A DNA stretch of 20,000 bases from an uncultured virus (IMG/VR IMGVR_UViG_3300042863_000355) (lineage: Duplodnaviria; Heunggongvirae; Uroviricota; Caudoviricetes). The position numbers and the translations under genes are program-made. Under the pieces are notes generated by a model, which was not told the DNA's origin, made no database searches, and saw nothing but the letters and a program-made list of their open reading frames with translations. Positions 16,199 through 20,000 of this stretch are shown piece by piece (within the stretch, counting starts at the first letter, position 1; each line of letters starts with the position of its first letter). The stretch lies in the IMG/VR virus record IMGVR_UViG_3300042863_000355. The stretch is one strand, 5' to 3'.

Positions 16199-17139
16199 GA
16201 CAACACCTTTAATTTAGAATTTTCTGGTAAAAACTTTCCTGATAATACTAATCTATCTTTACGACCAATCCATTCCTCTTGTAAATTATCAGGAATGTCA
16301 GCTCTAGTAGAATCTAAAATCTTAAAGTATGTGTCAAGCATCTTACTATACTTTTCAGAATCTAATTGTTTAGCCAGCGTTTCACCAAGAACATAATAGT
16401 CTGCGACAATATCCGTAGTAAGCGTAGTGCCTAATCGTTCATTAAGAATAGACAATGCTTGTACTGGATTTCGTGCTAACCATTCTTTAGTAGTTTTATC
16501 TCTAACGCCAATGCCATGACTAAATGACAAGTCAGCAACTTGAAACGCAGATAACATTAGCTGTGTGCGATGTAGGCCTTTTACATTAGAATCATCTGGG
16601 TACGCCGCTGAATAGTAACTAAAGCGCAGCCAGTCTAGGTCGCCAATCATCCAATCAATCTGAACACATTCACCTGTGTCATTACCATTCAAGTCTTTTT
16701 GTGGATAATATCCAAAAATGCTGCTGTCTGTTACTTTCTTTTCATCACAATGTATTGTAGGAGCATGTAGGTTAATATAACGTACAAGATTTAGCAAAAA
16801 TGCCTTCATACACAATTGATCATCCGATGCTGTTCTTGATCGGCTCTTTAATAAATTAAATGTTTCCTCAAACTCAGTAACGGTAAGATTCCACGATTTT
16901 AATTCATTTGCTAAATTATCAGTATGTACATCAAAAATATAATGATTATTGATGCCTAAATCAATATCACCCGACACCGGCTTCTTGTTAACAGAGCCTA
17001 GAGTTTCAAAATAATGCATATTAAAGATTACTTGATGTGGAAATAGATTCTCCAACTCGGCAAAGTATGCCTTTAGTGTAGGAAGGATATTTTCTCTAAG
17101 AATTGGTGCTGTTTTATCAGCAAATACGTTACCGCCCAT
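16195..17139 (-). CDS. Pol-beta/PolX-like nucleotidyltransferase (NTase A)
   Basis: TLGSVNKKPVSGDIDLGI with a third Asp in VQIDWM. SD GGAG at 17145-17148 (minus strand). Confidence 0.78.
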   Translation of the reverse strand: MGGNVFADKTAPILRENILPTLKAYFAELENLFPHQVIFNMHYFETLGSVNKKPVSGDIDLGINNHYIFDVHTDNLANELKSWNLTVTEFEETFNLLKSRSRTASDDQLCMKAFLLNLVRYINLHAPTIHCDEKKVTDSSIFGYYPQKDLNGNDTGECVQIDWMIGDLDWLRFSYYSAAYPDDSNVKGLHRTQLMLSAFQVADLSFSHGIGVRDKTTKEWLARNPVQALSILNERLGTTLTTDIVADYYVLGETLAKQLDSEKYSKMLDTYFKILDSTRADIPDNLQEEWIGRKDRLVLSGKFLPENSKLKVLS

Positions 17140-17167
17140 GATTACTCCGATTGATTATAATACAAAT

Positions 17168-17196
17168 AGTATAGTTTAGAATGAATTAAATGTCAA
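17168..17196 (-). promoter_or_regulatory. Near-consensus sigma70 promoter of the NTase operon
   Basis: On the minus strand: TTGACA (17196-17191), 17 bp, TATACT (17173-17168). Confidence 0.85.
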
Positions 17197-17212
17197 GTGC
17201 TACTAGTAATGT

Positions 17213-17220
17213 ACTAAATA
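17213..17220 (+). promoter_or_regulatory. Putative late promoter ACTAAATA
   Basis: Upstream of SD AAGGA (17243-17247) of the glutaredoxin gene. Confidence 0.6.
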
Positions 17221-17252
17221 TTGTGCTAAAATACAACGTTATAAGGAATAAT

Positions 17253-17495
17253 ATGTTAACAGTTTATACCAAGGACGATTGCCCGTTTTGTGATCGCGCC
17301 AAGGCATTATTAGAAAGTAAAGGTATTGAATATACTACAGTAAATGTAGGTATTCGTACAGAAGCTCGTGACTATTTGGTTGAGCAAGGATTGCGTAGTG
17401 TACCACAGATTTTCAATGGTACAACATTAATTCAGGGCGGGTATCAAGGATTGGCCAGTAAGCCAGAAGAATTTTGGACAGAATTAAAAGGATAA
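17253..17495 (+). CDS. grx: Glutaredoxin (start revised to 17253)
   Basis: MLTVYTKDDCPFC...RSVPQIF...GGY. SD just upstream of ATG 17253. Confidence 0.93.
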   Translation: MLTVYTKDDCPFCDRAKALLESKGIEYTTVNVGIRTEARDYLVEQGLRSVPQIFNGTTLIQGGYQGLASKPEEFWTELKG

Positions 17496-17496
17496 T

Positions 17497-17796
17497 ATGG
17501 AAATTAAAGATAACGAAGTATACACATTTAAGATGGCATCAGGCGAAGAAATAGTCACAAAAGTATTAAGTTCAGATGTTGACTATATCTATATCACAGA
17601 GCCATTAGCAGTAGCACCTAGTCCACAGGGTCCGGCATTAATGCAAGGCATTTTTACTTCAGAACCAGGGACAAAAGTATCACTAAATATTAAGCACATC
17701 GCAATGTTTGCCGAAACTGAAGACGGCGTTAGACAGCGATACATTAAAGTTACTACTGGAATTGACGTTCCAAGCAAGAAACTTATTTTAGGATAA
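17497..17796 (+). CDS. Small phage protein, probable Sm/SH3-like beta-barrel
   Basis: TFKMASGEEIVTKV...ITEPL pattern followed by a C-terminal helix. The fold is inferred. Confidence 0.55.
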   Translation: MEIKDNEVYTFKMASGEEIVTKVLSSDVDYIYITEPLAVAPSPQGPALMQGIFTSEPGTKVSLNIKHIAMFAETEDGVRQRYIKVTTGIDVPSKKLILG

Positions 17797-17799
17797 TAT

Positions 17800-18075
17800 A
17801 TGGCAGGTGGAGTTGTTAGAATGACAGACCCAAACTCATGCGGTGGTGTTCCTATGAGCGGAGTCACTTCTGTGCGAGTCAATGGTATTCCCGTTGTAGT
17901 TACAGGTGCTAGCGTTAGTCCGCATCCAAACAACAAACCGCCTCATACCAATGCCCGCACAATAGCGGGATCTGCTTCGGTTAGAGCAGGCGGGCAACCT
18001 ATTGTAAGTGCGTCGGATGTTGACAGTTGTGGGCACTCTAGAGTTAATGCCAGTCCTAATGTTAGGATCGGATAA
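17800..18075 (+). CDS. PAAR-repeat spike-tip protein (T4 gp5.4-like)
   Basis: Three repeats (SVRVNGIPV, GSASVRAGGQP, ASPNVRIG) with Cys/His metal ligands (SCGG, PH...PH, SCGH). Confidence 0.88.
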   Translation: MAGGVVRMTDPNSCGGVPMSGVTSVRVNGIPVVVTGASVSPHPNNKPPHTNARTIAGSASVRAGGQPIVSASDVDSCGHSRVNASPNVRIG

Positions 18076-19070
18076 TGGCACAAGCACCTAGTTTACTAAC
18101 TCCATTTCAATTAACTGTTACCTCTGGATTACTAGATAATCAAGGTATAAGTGTTAATGCTGAATTTATATCCAGTGTCAATACGTTTAAGAACTTGCCT
18201 TATATGGTTGCGTTAAGTGAAGCCATAGCCGCAGCTAGTATTGTGCCAGAGTTATCTCAACCTATACTATTAGAGTTATATACACTAGGATCAAATACAT
18301 GTGCTGCGTTAGGCGACAGTATTCCCCCACATACAGGTAATATAGTTTATCCTGGCAATGTAACATTTTCAAATCTGTTATTAGAAACGGGTTACTCTTA
18401 CATGGGGCAAGATGCTACTGGCGCAGGCACAGATTTAAGTATATTTTGTCAAGGATTTGGCGCACTAGTTGGATATAATGGCATTACAAATAGTTTTGTA
18501 AATTCAGCCGTTAACAGTCAAAATTATCTAGCAGGTACTTATACCAATGCCGATAATATGGTTAGCGGTGGCATTACTAGTGTTAATTTATGTACAGCAC
18601 AATGGGGAAATGATCTTGCTAACTTAGGTGGACTGATTAATCTTAAGAATTTACCCGAACTAGGAACTCCGTTAGCATTAGTTCAACAATTGGCATCAAT
18701 AGGAGGACTTACTCCTGAAATATCTTTGGCATTTTCAAATGCAGGGGTCAGTTTAGATGTAGTAGTTAACTTAACATCACCTAATTTAGTTGTATCTGAT
18801 GTTGATCAAAAGGCTATGTATGCCGCAATGACACAAATTACCGGCACAGACTTAACACAAACATTACAAATATTAGGAGTTACAACTTCTAATATTACCA
18901 CAATGGCTGATTTATTAAATCCATATAAAATATTCCCGACTAGTTTCCAAACATTAACATTTACAGGAACAAATGGTGTCAGTCAAAACATCTATGTAAA
19001 TTCTACTGGCACAGTTAACGCTACTATGCAACAGTTTTTGCCCGCCATCGCATTGAATACAATATCATGA
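18075..19070 (+). CDS. Putative tail/baseplate structural protein
   Basis: TAATG-coupled to PAAR. Composition is Asn/Thr/Leu-rich and nearly lacks Arg. Confidence 0.55.
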   Translation: MAQAPSLLTPFQLTVTSGLLDNQGISVNAEFISSVNTFKNLPYMVALSEAIAAASIVPELSQPILLELYTLGSNTCAALGDSIPPHTGNIVYPGNVTFSNLLLETGYSYMGQDATGAGTDLSIFCQGFGALVGYNGITNSFVNSAVNSQNYLAGTYTNADNMVSGGITSVNLCTAQWGNDLANLGGLINLKNLPELGTPLALVQQLASIGGLTPEISLAFSNAGVSLDVVVNLTSPNLVVSDVDQKAMYAAMTQITGTDLTQTLQILGVTTSNITTMADLLNPYKIFPTSFQTLTFTGTNGVSQNIYVNSTGTVNATMQQFLPAIALNTIS

Positions 19071-20000
19071 CCGCATTAGATAAATTAAGTCAAATAATAC
19101 CTCCTGATCAAGCATTAGCTAATAAAGCATTGGCAGTGGCGCTACAGCAAATTACAAATATTTCGTCGTTAAATTTGCCTAGATTGGCCAATGCTGTTAG
19201 TAATGTACAAACAAATTTTGGATTACCATTAGTTAACACTCAAACAACAGCAGTAGATCCTGCTGTGGCAACTAATATTTCTAATAAACTAGGTATAGGA
19301 TCAGGGCCAAATGGCACACTTACTATCGATAATAGCATGGGAATTGCAGCAGGATTTGTAGTAACTTCCGCATTTACTAATACTGTTACATTAGTTAATT
19401 CAATGAACTTATCCAATTTAGCTAATATATACACAGATATGACTGCTACTGCAAATGGTACATACGGTCCTGCTACAGGCCCAATTACCATTACAACAGG
19501 CCCGGCTGCTGGAACTTACGATGATATTAATGCTGCATTTGCTGGACAAGAAGCTAATGCTAACGCTGGAACTGGCGGCAGTGGACTTATTCCATCTGTT
19601 AATTCAAATGTTATCCCTAATATTATTGCCGCGTATCCTAGTCAAACTACTAGTTTAAACTCAGATTGGGCTAATATGATGACTCAATTGAATACTGAAA
19701 AGATTGTGCAGCAAAGCGCAACTATTGACTTTGCAAATCTAACTCCTGGAAGTAATCCCCCGATTTATAGTTTTGTGTTATCCTTACCCCAATATGGGCA
19801 AGATACAGCAGCAAACGGTGCATTTCAATATCTAGAATCAGTAGCTGATCTTACTAATTTAACTGGGCAAACTCTAGTAGCAGCGTTAAGACAAGGGCAG
19901 TCTAATATTACTTCTACTGGCATTGCGACTACAAGTAATGTTCCAGTGAACCCAAATCCCCCGCCGCCAGAAGCAACTTTAATTCCAGCACAGTATCCAT
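19067..20000 (+). CDS. Putative structural protein, 3'-truncated, not in the ORF track
   Basis: ATGA overlap at 19067. Reads MTALDKLSQIIPPDQALANKALAVALQQI... and stays open to the window end (311 codons). Confidence 0.85.
   Translation, partial: MTALDKLSQIIPPDQALANKALAVALQQITNISSLNLPRLANAVSNVQTNFGLPLVNTQTTAVDPAVATNISNKLGIGSGPNGTLTIDNSMGIAAGFVVTSAFTNTVTLVNSMNLSNLANIYTDMTATANGTYGPATGPITITTGPAAGTYDDINAAFAGQEANANAGTGGSGLIPSVNSNVIPNIIAAYPSQTTSLNSDWANMMTQLNTEKIVQQSATIDFANLTPGSNPPIYSFVLSLPQYGQDTAANGAFQYLESVADLTNLTGQTLVAALRQGQSNITSTGIATTSNVPVNPNPPPPEATLIPAQYP

Noticed and set aside
15335..17139. Calling the NTase pair CBASS or a known toxin-antitoxin system
   Set aside because: There is no adjacent effector (SAVED, patatin, TM) or HEPN partner. 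The motifs look PolX-like, so a specific assignment is unsupported.
17190..17252. N-terminal extension of glutaredoxin
   Set aside because: It spans promoter elements. The SD and the Grx fold both point to a start at 17253.
1146..19658. Short antisense or alternate-frame ORFs (e.g. 1146, 3165, 4351, 4834, 5539, 6623, 6739, 7493, 10282, 11606, 11839, 12901, 13574, 13602, 13915, 14259, 14479, 16145, 17589, 17836, 19240, 19455)
   Set aside because: They are shadows of well-supported genes, with no recognisable motifs.
1..20000. Stop-codon recoding; tRNA or rRNA genes
   Set aside because: Known genes are full length under the standard code. The intergenic gaps are short and show no cloverleaf or rRNA signature.

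Overview
This is an AT-rich, densely coding segment of a large tailed dsDNA phage, probably a T4-like or jumbo-type myovirus. The host is inferred to be proteobacterial from the iscU/iscA/nrdAB sequence type. The + strand carries putative head/structural genes, a host-like metabolic block (38-aa membrane peptide, iscU, peptide deformylase, iscA), a PD-(D/E)XK nuclease, a beta-helix tail protein, nrdA-class II aldolase-nrdB, glutaredoxin, an Sm-like protein, PAAR and tail/baseplate-like genes. A T4-late-like motif, (C/A/T)TAA(A/G)TA, precedes many genes. The most unusual element is the only minus-strand unit (15335-17196). It holds two translationally coupled Pol-beta/PolX-like nucleotidyltransferases under their own near-consensus sigma70 promoter, inserted between nrdB and grx. 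A third, catalytically degenerate copy of that domain is fused to a KxDG ligase-like domain at 667-2232. All calls come from motif recognition by eye; no database searches were run.
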